Origin: Octopus sinensis
Taxonomy: Eukaryota
DNA length: 64,000 nt
Assembly: GCF_006345805.1 (NCBI RefSeq)
Contig: NC_042999.1
Location: 67,394,001-67,458,000, forward strand
Direction of reading: 5' to 3'
Shown: one piece after another, positions 52,122 to 64,000 of the stretch
How positions within the stretch are numbered: position 1 is the first letter of the stretch
Layout: each line of letters begins with the position of its first letter
Made by a program: the position numbers and the translations under genes
The notes under the pieces: generated by a model
Database searches by the model: none
What the model saw: only the letters and a program-made list of their open reading frames with translations
Told to the model about the DNA's origin: nothing

Positions 52122-52720
52122 AGTAGGAAGAAAGAGTGAGAGAAAGTTGTGGTGAAAGAGTACAACGGGGTTCACCCACCCCCCACCCGCCGCCGGAGCC
52201 TCGTGGAGCTTAGGTGTTTTTGCTCAATAAACACTCACAATGCCCGGTCTGGGAATTGAAACCGCGTTCTTACGACCACGAGTCCGCTGCCCTAATCACT
52301 GGGCCATTGCGCCTCCACTGTTGTTGAGGCAGCGAACTGGTAGAATCGTCAGCGAGCTGGACAAAATACTGAGCGGCATTTCTACCGGTTTTTTACGTTC
52401 TCAGTTCAAATTCCGCCGAGGTCAACTTTGCCTTTCATCCTTCGGGGGTCTATAAATTAAGTACCAGTGAAACACTGGGGTCGATGTAATCGACTAGCCT
52501 CCTCCCCACAAATTTCAGGCCTAGTCTTATAAGTAGAAAGTATTATTTTGTCCAGCACACTGGACAAAATGTTTAGCGGCATTTCGTCCGTCTTTACGTT
52601 TTCAGTTCAAATTCCGCCGAGGCTGGCTTTGCCTTTCATCCCTTCAGGGTCGATGAAATATGTATCACGGAGCACCCCCCATCCACAAAATTTCCGGCCT
52701 TGTGGCTTTAATAGAAAGAG
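52122..52720. mobile_element. Truncated family D SINE (minus, 52122-52318) back-to-back with family A copies (plus, about 52326-52720)
   Basis: Direct similarity to other copies in the window. Confidence 0.75.
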
Positions 52721-53479
52721 TTATTATTATTGTTGCTAAAGACAGTAGGTTTCGGTTAAATGAAATTTAACTACTATTTCTAGCATCGAGAGCAACCACG
52801 TTGATATGTCCCCTGGGACGCGGCAGCAGTCATGTTAGTAGTTATTGCTGTGGTGATGGCTCAATGAACAAACGGCCGTCAAATGTCAAAAGCTGAGCTT
52901 TCGCAACGACGTTCGCTTTCCTTTCCTTTCTCCATTGAAGAGCGTTTGACATTTTGAGAACGACGCAGATTCGGCGCTCAAGATTGCTGTCCCTGATATA
53001 ATGTAAAACGCTGGTGGGTGACAGGGTGGTTAGTCATTGTGTGTATTCTTGTCGGATTGCTTAAGCGAAATGAATCTCCGTATAGAATTTTTTTCTAAAA
53101 GCGTGTTATCCAACGTCTGCCTTCATAAGCGTTATGTTGAGTCCTCTTCAACCACTTCTCACATGAAACCGCCATATTGTTTTGCATTGTGTAAAAGAAT
53201 AATCTATTTACTTAAATGCGAAAGAGATTACAGACACCCTCCGCTATCACCACCGCCCCAGCTGTTAATGGCCTGTTAACAAGATTGTTTGTCCCCCTCT
53301 CACTCTCTCCCGTTCTCTTTCTCTCTCTCTCCCTGTCTATCTTCTCTTTTCCTTTCTCTCTCTCTCTAGCTTCCTCTCCCTCGCCCTACCTACTCCCTTT
53401 CTCTGTGTCTGTGTACCTCACTCTCTCTCCTCTCTCTCTTTCTCTCTCTGTATGTCTCTATGTGTTTATATGTCTTATG

Positions 53480-53496
53480 TTTTATATATATATGTG

Positions 53497-53547
<51 letters not shown>

Positions 53548-53591
53548 TTGTCTGCCTTTGTCTATCAAAACTAATCATTAGTTAGTATATG

Positions 53592-53642
<51 letters not shown>

Positions 53643-53750
53643 TACATATACATATAATATATGTGTGGTGTATGTATATATAAATATATATATTATATAT
53701 ATATATATAAATATATATATGTATATATGTATAAATATATATATGTATAT

Positions 53751-53788
<38 letters not shown>

Positions 53789-53849
53789 TAATATATATAT
53801 GTATATATATATATTATATATATAATGTATATGTATAAATATATATATG

Positions 53850-53900
<51 letters not shown>

Positions 53901-54048
53901 GCATGTATGTAAAAATATATATGTATATATATATATATATGTATATATTATAAATATATATATGTATATATATATATGTATATATTTATAAATATATATG
54001 TATATATATATATTAATATATATATGTATATATATATATATGTATATA

Positions 54049-54087
<39 letters not shown>

Positions 54088-54332
54088 ATATATGTATATA
54101 TATATATATGTATATATATATATGTATATATGTATATATGTATATATATATGTATATATGTATATATACATATATATATATATGTATATATGTATAAATA
54201 TATATATGTATATATGTATAAATATTATATGTATATATGTATAAATATATATATGTATATATGTATAAATATATATATTGTATATATATAAATATATATA
54301 TATGTATATATATATATGTATATATGTGTAAA

Positions 54333-54363
<31 letters not shown>

Positions 54364-54478
54364 AAATATATATATGTATATATATATGTATATATGTATA
54401 AATATATATATGTATATATATATGTATATATGTATAAATATATATATGTATATATGTATAAATATATATATGTATATA

Positions 54479-54517
<39 letters not shown>

Positions 54518-55044
54518 ATTATGTATAAATATATATATGTATAAATATTATGTATATATATAGTATATATGTATAATATATATATGTATATATGTATAAT
54601 ATATATGTATATATATATATATGTATATATGTATAAATATATATGTATTATATATATGTGTATATATGTATAAATATATATAGTATATATTGAAAATATA
54701 TATATGTATATATGTATATATGTATATTATGTATAAATATATATATTTTTTTGTATATATGTAAAATATGTATAAATATATATATGTAATATTATAAATT
54801 ATATGTATATATGTATAAATATATATATGTATAAATATATATAGTATAACTATATATGTATATATGTATAAATATATATATGTATATATGTATATATGTA
54901 TAAATATATATGGATATATGTATAAATATATGTATATATGTATAAATATATATGTATATATATATATATATATGTAGGTATAATGTATAAATAATATATG
55001 TATAAATATATATATGTATGTATATATGTATGTATATATGTGTA

Positions 55045-55123
<79 letters not shown>

Positions 55124-55140
55124 TATATATATATATATAT
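53480..55140. repeat. 1.7-kb (TA)n-derived satellite with TATATGTATAAA higher-order units
   Basis: Directly visible; almost entirely A, T and G. Confidence 0.95.
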
Positions 55141-56489
55141 AATATTCATTCAGTTGTCGGCAGCAGAAAGGGTATTGGATACAACAGAGAATTATGATAC
55201 CTTCATGTTAGTTCAATCAGACACTTGCTACTTTGAGCTCGCCTGTGAATACGCGGGGTCTTATACATATTATATATATATATATTATATATATATATAT
55301 TATATATATATATGTCTGTATGTCTGTATGTATGTATGTATATACATACACACATGTGTAGTGTGTGTAATATAATGTTGTGTTTTATGAGAAGTTATAT
55401 ATAAAAACAATTTAACACTAAATTGAAGGGATTACTCAATACTTTTTAATAGACTACGTACTTATTAGTTTTTGTAAAGGAAAAGCTGACAGTGACTTCG
55501 AAGTTTCCGCTTGCTTGCCATCGTGAAGCTGTTAAGCTCGTGACGGCAAGAAAACCGAAGCTTTTGACCTTCGTCCATGTAAAAATTAATATATAAAAGT
55601 ATTATAAATTGCTTGAAATCTTATGATGTGTGAATGGCATTCATGTTTTGAAAAATCTTTGAACAGTTCAGGAGAGAATTTAGACAAAATATAAATGGTG
55701 ATACCAATAAATAAATTGTATCACCTTATATGGTTTATTTAAAGCTTTCGTTATATTTCGGGAAAGATACCCCTTATCAGCTATGGAAAGAAAATAATCC
55801 AAGAGTTCGGAGAAAAATGTTATTGGCAGCCCATAAGTATGTATATATGTACGCATATCATGTGTATGTTTATACATTCTGTACGTGTAAAAATTAGGAA
55901 TTAATATCGATAAATTTATTAAGGAAACCCAACTGTGACAATCACTTTAAAGTGAACAGCAAGCATCTGGAGCACTAGTTGTGCAAGCCTGCTTCAAATT
56001 CTAGTTGCCATTGATTAGGTGCTCAAATGCTGTTTAAAATTAAGATATTGCGGTTCGAACAGTCCTGTGGTACACAAGTAGTCCGGCCAACCAAGCAGAT
56101 ACGATCCTCAGATACAAATTCCCAGTTGTTTCATGTCTCCATTTTACTGATGACTACACTACGCACTCCGGCAGCAATGAAGAATGGTATGAGGTACAGT
56201 GTAAAAGCATGGGTATGTTGTTGTCTTACCAGTGACAAACCATTCTCCGTATACCTCTAGGTGTCGACGACAGAGGTAAGCAAAATGGAGTTGGTCAGAG
56301 GCAGTGCTTTGAGGATGCTTTTTTTAAGTAGAGTTGTAGGTTGTTGTACATGTGTCTATATATTTGGAGATATTTGTACATGTGATGACATGGACTGTGA
56401 GAGTTGAAGTTTACCGCAGTAACAAACTATGTCACTTGCATGTGGAGGTGGTCTTTTAGTTTTAACTCTTCTTATGATTTGTGGGTATA

Positions 56490-56701
56490 CAGGGTGTCCA
56501 CAAAGTCTGAGTACATGGAGTAAATAAAATCATAACATAAACAATTAAATATAAGAAATAATAATTTCTTAAAATATGTGTTAATCCACATGTGGGTACA
56601 TGGAGTAAATAAAATCATAACATAAAGAATTAAATATAAGAAATAATAATTTCTTAAAGTATGTGTTAATCCCCATGCATCCAGACTTTATGGACACCTT
56701 G
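56490..56701. mobile_element. Tc1/mariner-type MITE with internal 85-bp-period duplication
   Basis: TA-CAGGGTGTCCACAAAGTCTG and CAGACTTTATGGACACCTTG-TA; duplicated segment 56511-56587 and 56596-56672. Confidence 0.85.
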
Positions 56702-56949
56702 TAGTTTGTATACAACTCGTGATCGTGCATAATGCTCTGTTTTCTGTACATAGTTTACTGCGGCTCGTAGTGTTAAGATTGCGGCCCAGATAGAACTATC
56801 ATAATCGGTGATGCATTCAATATATTGATTTATGTCGCCATTGTTGGTGTTTCTTCTTTGTTATCCAAAGATGATTGGTTATTTGTGATTATGCTTAAGT
56901 TTCAGTAAGTTTGATCCCTGTTTTACTATTTTTACTAAATCTTCTATAT

Positions 56950-57298
56950 CAGGGGTTCTCAACCGGGATCCATATGGTCCTTGAAGGTCCATATAAGACT
57001 TTTGGGGTCCGTGCAACAGAATAGTTAACTGGTGATCCACAGAAGTATTTTAAAGGTCTTTGGAAAGCATTTTGCTTTAGATGTATGTATTGGTGTACAT
57101 TGCAAGAAACAGCCAGGTATTTTTCTCTAACGTTTTACATGGTCCAACCTACACAAGTGAATGTGTGAAGAACAAAATAGAAATTTCGAAAGAAGTTTCT
57201 ATAAAACTAGTTTTTAAACATCGAATGGCTATGGGAGTCCACCAGAATAAAATAGTAATCAAAGGGATCCATAGATAAAAAATAGTTGAAAACCCCTG
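56950..57298. mobile_element. hAT-type MITE
   Basis: TIRs CAGGGGTTCTCAAC and GTTGAAAACCCCTG; 8-bp TSD TTCTATAT/TTCTATAC (7 of 8 match). Confidence 0.85.
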
Positions 57299-57438
57299 TT
57301 CTATACGTTATAGAAGAGTTGCATGTAACTCTTATTATATTTGTCGTCTTTGTGTGATAGGTTCATGCAGTGGAGTAAGATCTTCTGGGCAAAGGTGCTT
57401 AGTCATCTGTGGTTGCTCTCAATATATTTGTGTATCGT

Positions 57439-57670
57439 GAGGCGGCGAGCTGGCAGAAACGTTAGCGCGCCGGGCGAAATGCTTAGCGGTATTTCGTCTG
57501 TCGTTACGTTCTGAGTTCAAATTCCGCCGAGGTCGACTTTGCTTTTCATACTCTCGGGGTCGATAAATTTAGAACCAGTTACGCACTGGGGTCGATGTAA
57601 TCGACTTAATCCCTTTGTCTGTCCTTGTTTGTCCCCTCTGTGTTTAGCCCCATGTGGGTAGTAAAGGACT
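57439..57670 (+). mobile_element. SINE family A monomer with 17-bp TSD
   Basis: TSD ATATATTTGTGTATCGT at 57422-57438 and 57671-57687. Confidence 0.9.
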
Positions 57671-57757
57671 ATATATTTGTGTATCGTTTTGCTTTCTTTA
57701 CTTAGTCTTCTATGTGCATTATCAACGTAGGACAGGAGTTGTCTGTAGTTCGTAGTT

Positions 57758-58337
57758 TAATTGTCAAGCGCTTCCACCAACGATGTCTCAGCACCATCCT
57801 CAACATTCACTGGAGTGACTTCGTCACAAACATTGAAGTCTTGGACCGGGCCGAGATCTCCAGCATTGAAGCCACGCTACTGAAGTACCACCTCCGATGG
57901 GCAGGGCATGTCTCCAGAATGGAGAACCATTGCATTCCAAAGATTGCCCTGTTTGGCAAACTCTCCACCGGCCACCGAGAGAGAGGAGCTCCGAGGAAGC
58001 GCTACAAAGACTGCTTCAAGAAGTCTCTAACAGCATGTCATATTAACCACCAATGCTGGTCAGACCTGGCTGCGGACCGTGATGTCTGGCGCCACACGAT
58101 CTTCAACGCAGTCAGCAAGTTTGAGGAACTAAGAAGAGACGCGCTTAAAGACAAGAGACGCAGGAGGAAGGCGCGAGCCGCCTCTGACATTACACCGGAT
58201 TTTACCTTCGTCTGTGGACTCTGCTCACGGACCTGCCTTTCCCATATCTGACTTGTCAGTAATGAGCGTGCATGCACGCAACGTGGATAGCCTTCCTGAT
58301 CTTCGTTCGAAAATCCGAGCCATGAAGATGATGATGT
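57758..58337 (+). mobile_element. RTE-clade LINE 3' end (5'-truncated ORF2 C-terminus)
   Basis: RFHQRCLSTILNIHWSDFVTNIEVL..LRWAGHVSRM..PKIALFG..RGAPRKRYKD..CGLCSRTCLSHI; short 3' UTR and (GAT)n tail. Confidence 0.9.
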
Positions 58338-59243
58338 GAGTTATATATAAATATCTGGTGGCATTGCGAATTATATGTTAATGTCCTGTGGCATTGCAAA
58401 TAAGAAGAGAAACAGCGGATTTTTAGGTCTAATTTTAAATGCTTTTTTGAATGGTAATTATTGACAAGAGAGTAGAGGAAATGGTAAACTAGCAAAATGC
58501 CTTGTAGTACTTTGTTACGTCCTTTTACGTTCCATGTTCAAATTCCAAGAACATCAACACTGTCTTCCATCTTTGATTAAAGATGCTTCCGTGACAAACA
58601 TCCCGTATTTCTGTTATATTTCTGGCAATTTTTATCTTTCCTTCAGGCACGATGCATCTGGTTCTATATTACCCAACGTAATCTTTGTTTTATGTTTAAA
58701 GATTGTTGGCTGTAACTTGAGATAAATTTAACTGCTATTTCCAGAGGTTTGAACAACCAAAGAGAGTCATCCTTCATTGATCCATGTTTTTGTTGTATGA
58801 CTGTTGCAGTCAAGAGAATGATATTTCAAACAATATTTTCATGTGAAATATTGATGTTTATTTATGTGTATGAGAGTGTGTAGGTGTAAATTTACGTGTT
58901 TCTGTGTGTATATATATATCCATCCATCCATCCATCCATCCATATATATATATATATGCGTGTATAAATATGTTATTGCTATAGGTTTTATGAGGAAAAT
59001 CCATCAAAGGGTAATTTGCTTTCACGTAGTTTATGAGATTTGGTTGTTGCAGTTACTTCTTTTTTCTTATTTTACTCTTTTTAGCTCATCCGTAAAATAT
59101 AAGCAAACATATAATTATACAGACACACACACACACAATAAATAAATTTCCCTTCTTTCCTGAGCATCCAATAATACTTTATTTGTTCCATGTCCTCGCG
59201 TTGTTGTGTTTTTTTTTGTTTTTGTGTTTTCTTGTTTGGATTA

Positions 59244-59307
<64 letters not shown>

Positions 59308-59598
59308 ACATACATACTATATGTATATATAGATAGCTAGATATAGATATGTGTGTATACATGTGTGTGTGTATGAAAGTATGTATAAATATATATATAT
59401 ATATACATACATACATACATACATACATACATACATACATACATACATACATGCATACATACATGCATAGGCTAGTTGTGATCGTCAGTAATCATTCCAT
59501 TTCTCAGTGTTCTGAGTTCAAATCCCGCTGCGAACAGTTTTGCTCTTCATCCATGTCGAGAAATAAGTGTACCTTACAAGGTTGGTGAATACACTCAC

Positions 59599-59633
<35 letters not shown>

Positions 59634-59693
59634 CACACACAAACACACATATATATATATACATATATATATCATATATATACATATATATAC

Positions 59694-59761
<68 letters not shown>

Positions 59762-60025
59762 TATACATACATACAAAACCTATTTACAAATATTCTTTCA
59801 CTTTACCTTATTACCTATTTCTTTACTACCCACAAGGGGATAAACACAGAGAGGACAAACAAGGACAGACAAAGGGATTAAGTCGATTACATCGACCCCG
59901 GTGCGTAACTGGTACTTAATTTATCGACCCTGAAAGGATGAAAGGCAAAGTCGACGATTTAAATGAAAGGATGAAGCTCTTTCATAGTCATATCTTCCAT
60001 ATAAGGTGTTTGAAATAAAAGCCGT

Positions 60026-60066
<41 letters not shown>

Positions 60067-60115
60067 CCTCCCTGTGCATATATATATATGTTGTGGATGT
60101 ATGTATATGTATGCT

Positions 60116-60184
<69 letters not shown>

Positions 60185-60760
60185 CATATATACACGTATG
60201 TATGTATATATGTATGTGTATATATAGAGAGAGATAGAAAGATAGATACATACATACTTACATACATACATACATACATATATACACAAATACATACGTA
60301 TACACACATATATATATATATATGTATGGATGTATATATGTATGTATTTGTATATATATATATGTATGTGTGTATATATATATATAGAGAGAGAAAGAAA
60401 GATAGATACATACATACATACATACATACATGCATACACGTGTATATATGTATGCACGTATGTATGTATTTAGATACCTATGTATGCATACGGATGTCTA
60501 ACCATCTGAATGGGCTTACGTTTCTAATCAATATTTCTAATATAAATAATGGTGGGTATTTCTAATTAATTTATTGGTACATTTCTAAAATATTCATCAG
60601 ATTGTTCCTCATTGTTTGCCTTTCACCCGTTTTCTCTATCCTCATCATCCTCATCATCTTCTTCGTCATTTTCCCAATTATCATCTTAAAGGTCATCTTA
60701 GTCGCCATCATTCAATTTATTATCAACAATAATTATCATTTGTTGTTGTTGCTGTTTTTG

Positions 60761-60795
<35 letters not shown>

Positions 60796-60948
60796 GTCAT
60801 CGTCATCGTCATCATCATCGTCATCATCATCGTCATCATTATTATTATTATTATTAATGAGAGTCCTTTTTATGACAATTGTGATTATTACTATTAATGT
60901 ATTTATATTCCGTCTTTATCTGAGATATGTGTTGTGCGTGTCTGGGTA

Positions 60949-60991
<43 letters not shown>

Positions 60992-61099
60992 TGTGAATGC
61001 GTGTGTATGTGTGTGTGCATGTGTGCACATGTGAGTGTCTATGCACTGTGTTTCTCCAGCTACGTATGTTTGTGAACATTATTATTAGTGTTGTTGTTG

Positions 61100-61155
<56 letters not shown>

Positions 61156-61889
61156 GAATATTTATTTATTTATAGCGTAGTTAGGAATGCGTTTCTCTCA
61201 AATTCTGTTAAACATTTTATTGCGGAATTGCGAAATTAAATGTGAGCAGAGATGGGAGTGGTCACTTGGATTTTGCGCCTCTAGAAGGAATCAAAATTCT
61301 TCACATATATTTGTGTTTTATTATTGTTTTTGACTTCCGTCGAAGTCGACTTTGCCTTTCATCCTTTCGGGGTCGATAAATTAAGTACTACTTACGTGCT
61401 GGAGTCTATCAAATTTCGGGCCTTGTGTCTAGAAAAGAAAAGAATATTGTTTTTACTTTTCGTCTGTCTTTACGTTCTGAGTTCAAATTCCTCCGAGGTC
61501 GACTTTGCCTTTCATCCTTTCAGAGTCGATAAATTAAGTATCAGTTGCGTACTGAGGTCGATCTAATCCACTGGCCTCCTTCCCAAAAATTTCGGGCCTT
61601 GTGCCTGGGGTAGAAAAGAAATTAGCCACGAACTTTCTGGACAACCCAATGTTATATTTATGTACGACAGGTTTCCGTCTACCAAGTTTTCTCACACAGC
61701 ATTTGTTGATCAGGGACTATAGATGAAGTCTGTTCCCCAAGATGTCGCACAGTGGGACTGAACCAGGAACACGTGGTTGCAGTGTGAGCTACTTAACCAT
61801 ACAGCCATGGCGTTGTGCGAAGAAGAGATGATGATGAGAATCATGAGTCTGAAACTCAGACCAGTCTGTTTATTTGACACGAATACCCA

Positions 61890-62600
61890 CCCACCTTTAT
61901 CCAAGATACCCTTTCCCACAACCGTGCTACTGAGCCCAGCTTGGCCCTTACATTCCACGTTGAAACCCATCCAAGTCTTCCCCTTTCACCTCACCTTCCC
62001 GCCACCCTACCCTTCTGGCACACTATTCTTTGATTCTTCGGCCTCCTCCAATCTGATCCTGTCAACCACTTCTCGTTTCTTCCCTCTTCCACACAACCCC
62101 TTCTTTTGGCGCACCCACAAGTTTTGCAATTTTCTCATCTACAAATCCTCTTCCCTCACAACTGTTCTCTTCCTGGATCTCTGTCCTGTTTTCATCCCCG
62201 CTGCTACTGCTACCCTTTTTTTTCAAACCATCATCTTCGCCTGACCCAACAACCATGTCTTCCATATTAGGGATTCGATTCTTTCAGATGTACTTTTAAC
62301 AGCTACGTATATACGGTCCAATGTTCCCTCTGACAGTTCGATCTACATTGGGCAAACCGGACACCTCCTGTCCAACAAATCAACAGAGTACTTCAATGAC
62401 ATCCGGCTTAGCAACGAGATTTCCGCCTCGCTGACCGCACCACCGAACAGGTCTTGGTCTTCGGCTTTGATCTTCGACACTGCATTTTCCACCACTCCGT
62501 TCAAAACGTAACAGAAGCTTATTTCCTTACTCAAACTTCCACGCATTTTGGTCTGATTCACCCTCTCACATGTTGTAATCTGCACTTCCTCATCCACTCA
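61890..62600 (+). pseudogene. Degenerate Penelope-like element ORF end with GIY-YIG endonuclease
   Basis: FRCTFNSYVYTVQCSL* (from 62283), then after a frameshift IYIGQTGHLLSNKSTEYFNDIR (from 62341). Confidence 0.65.
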
Positions 62601-63002
62601 TTAATTATATCCCTTATCTCTCTGCGCCCCCTCCTTACCCTTCTCCTCTGCCCATTCCCATTTGCACTTCCATCCGTTCCTCTTAACTTACCCAACCTAC
62701 ACTTCTAGCCATCCCCTCCCCGCCACACACACACACATTAGGTTCTGCACGCTTCTCTTTTCAGCCGCCTTCCCTAACACAATCACACTTTATTCTTATG
62801 CGCACAGATGCGCACAACTCTATCTCTCTGCCGCCATGTCTCATTGAGAGACATATTCTCAAAGACCAGCATGCAAGCACATATCCACGAACGCCTAATT
62901 TCTTCACTTACTCATACATGTGTGAGCGATCACTGACATTCTTACACATACGTTCTTCCACTCCATCACACCTATCACTTACATACACGCACAGGCACAT
63001 GA

Positions 63003-63285
63003 TAGGCTGTGAGGTAAGTAGCTTGCTTACCAACCACATGGTTCCGGGTTCAGTCCCACTGTGTGGCACCTTGGGCATGTGTCTTCTACTATAGCCTTGT
63101 GAGTGGATTTGGTAGACGGAAACTTAAAGAAGCCCGTCGTATATGTGTCTGTGTTTGACTCCCCACCGTTAGAATAAGTACTAGACTTACAAAGAATAAG
63201 TCTTGGGATCGATTTGTTCGACTAAAAGGCGCTGCTCCAGCATGGCTGCAGTCAAATGACTGAAATATATAAAAGAATAAAGGAA
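63003..63285 (+). mobile_element. SINE family B, internally deleted, inserted downstream of the Penelope remnant
   Basis: Head, CORE-like segment and tail match 36757-37145. Confidence 0.85.
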
Positions 63286-64000
63286 TTTGCACACACATAC
63301 AAACACACCGGCACGAGAACAAACGCATGCACAGACCCCTAGTCTTCACACATGCGCGCACGTGTACACACAATCACGCACACATAGTAACACAAACACA
63401 CTCACACAACCTCGTTCTCATATTCACACATTACCCATCAATTAGACTCAAGCCAATATCCTCATCCCCACAAGCCAACGCTACTATACTCCCACACTTG
63501 CACACACACAAATACATGCACCACACAAAGACGCACAGACGCACCACTCTTCTTGAAACCAGCCTCTAGATAGAGGTACATCCTGATACATGCATCCACA
63601 CACACACGCGCCGCCTTCCTTCTGAGCTCCCACAACAGAACAGTATTCTCTCTGCTTTCTATCCTTTCCTTTTTGTCCTGTGTCCCATTTATAAGCATTC
63701 TATTCTTCTCTTTCCCTTTCTGTTTTTTTCCCTCTTATTAAAGGATTTACGATATAAACGTTAATCTACTCTCATTCAAATCTTATGTTATGAAAAGAGG
63801 GCAGTTCATTGCCCAGGTGTCGAAACCATTGCGATACCGAGAGGCAGCTGATGATGGATGTATACGAGTAATGTGCTTCTTGACTGTCAAGGAAGAATAA
63901 CAGATGACTTTACACTAATCCCACTGAAGTCCCAACAGTTACAAATAACAAGTTAGGGGTGGGGTCACGATCGTTTGGGGGGTCATGAGCAAAGAGAGCC

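Noticed and set aside
63790-63865. Hairpin GGGCA/TGCCC, GAAAC and a downstream CTGATGA as a type II hammerhead
   Set aside because: The strands flanking the two core halves do not pair and there is no valid NUH.

Overview
A 64-kb AT-rich eukaryotic window made almost entirely of repeats, with no recognisable host exon. The SINE families and extreme microsatellite density suggest an octopus or other cephalopod genome; this is inferred, not searched. It holds dozens of tRNA-derived SINEs from at least 5 families, three full-length but broken Tc1/mariner transposons, a Helitron helicase fragment with its 3' end, RTE and CR1-like LINE fragments, a Penelope GIY-YIG remnant, several MITEs and a 65-bp minisatellite. 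Most ORFs in the track are microsatellite read-throughs. The main signal is a set of minimal, dimer-type hammerhead ribozyme (HHR) motifs. They occur as back-to-back pairs in asymmetric fold-back elements next to (TA)n tracts (81-426, 12081-12623, 21401-21661). One also sits inside a discrete tRNA-headed SINE flanked by a 12-bp target-site duplication (46115-46364), and there are further degenerate copies. All structure and homology calls were made by eye, so coordinates may be off by a few bases.
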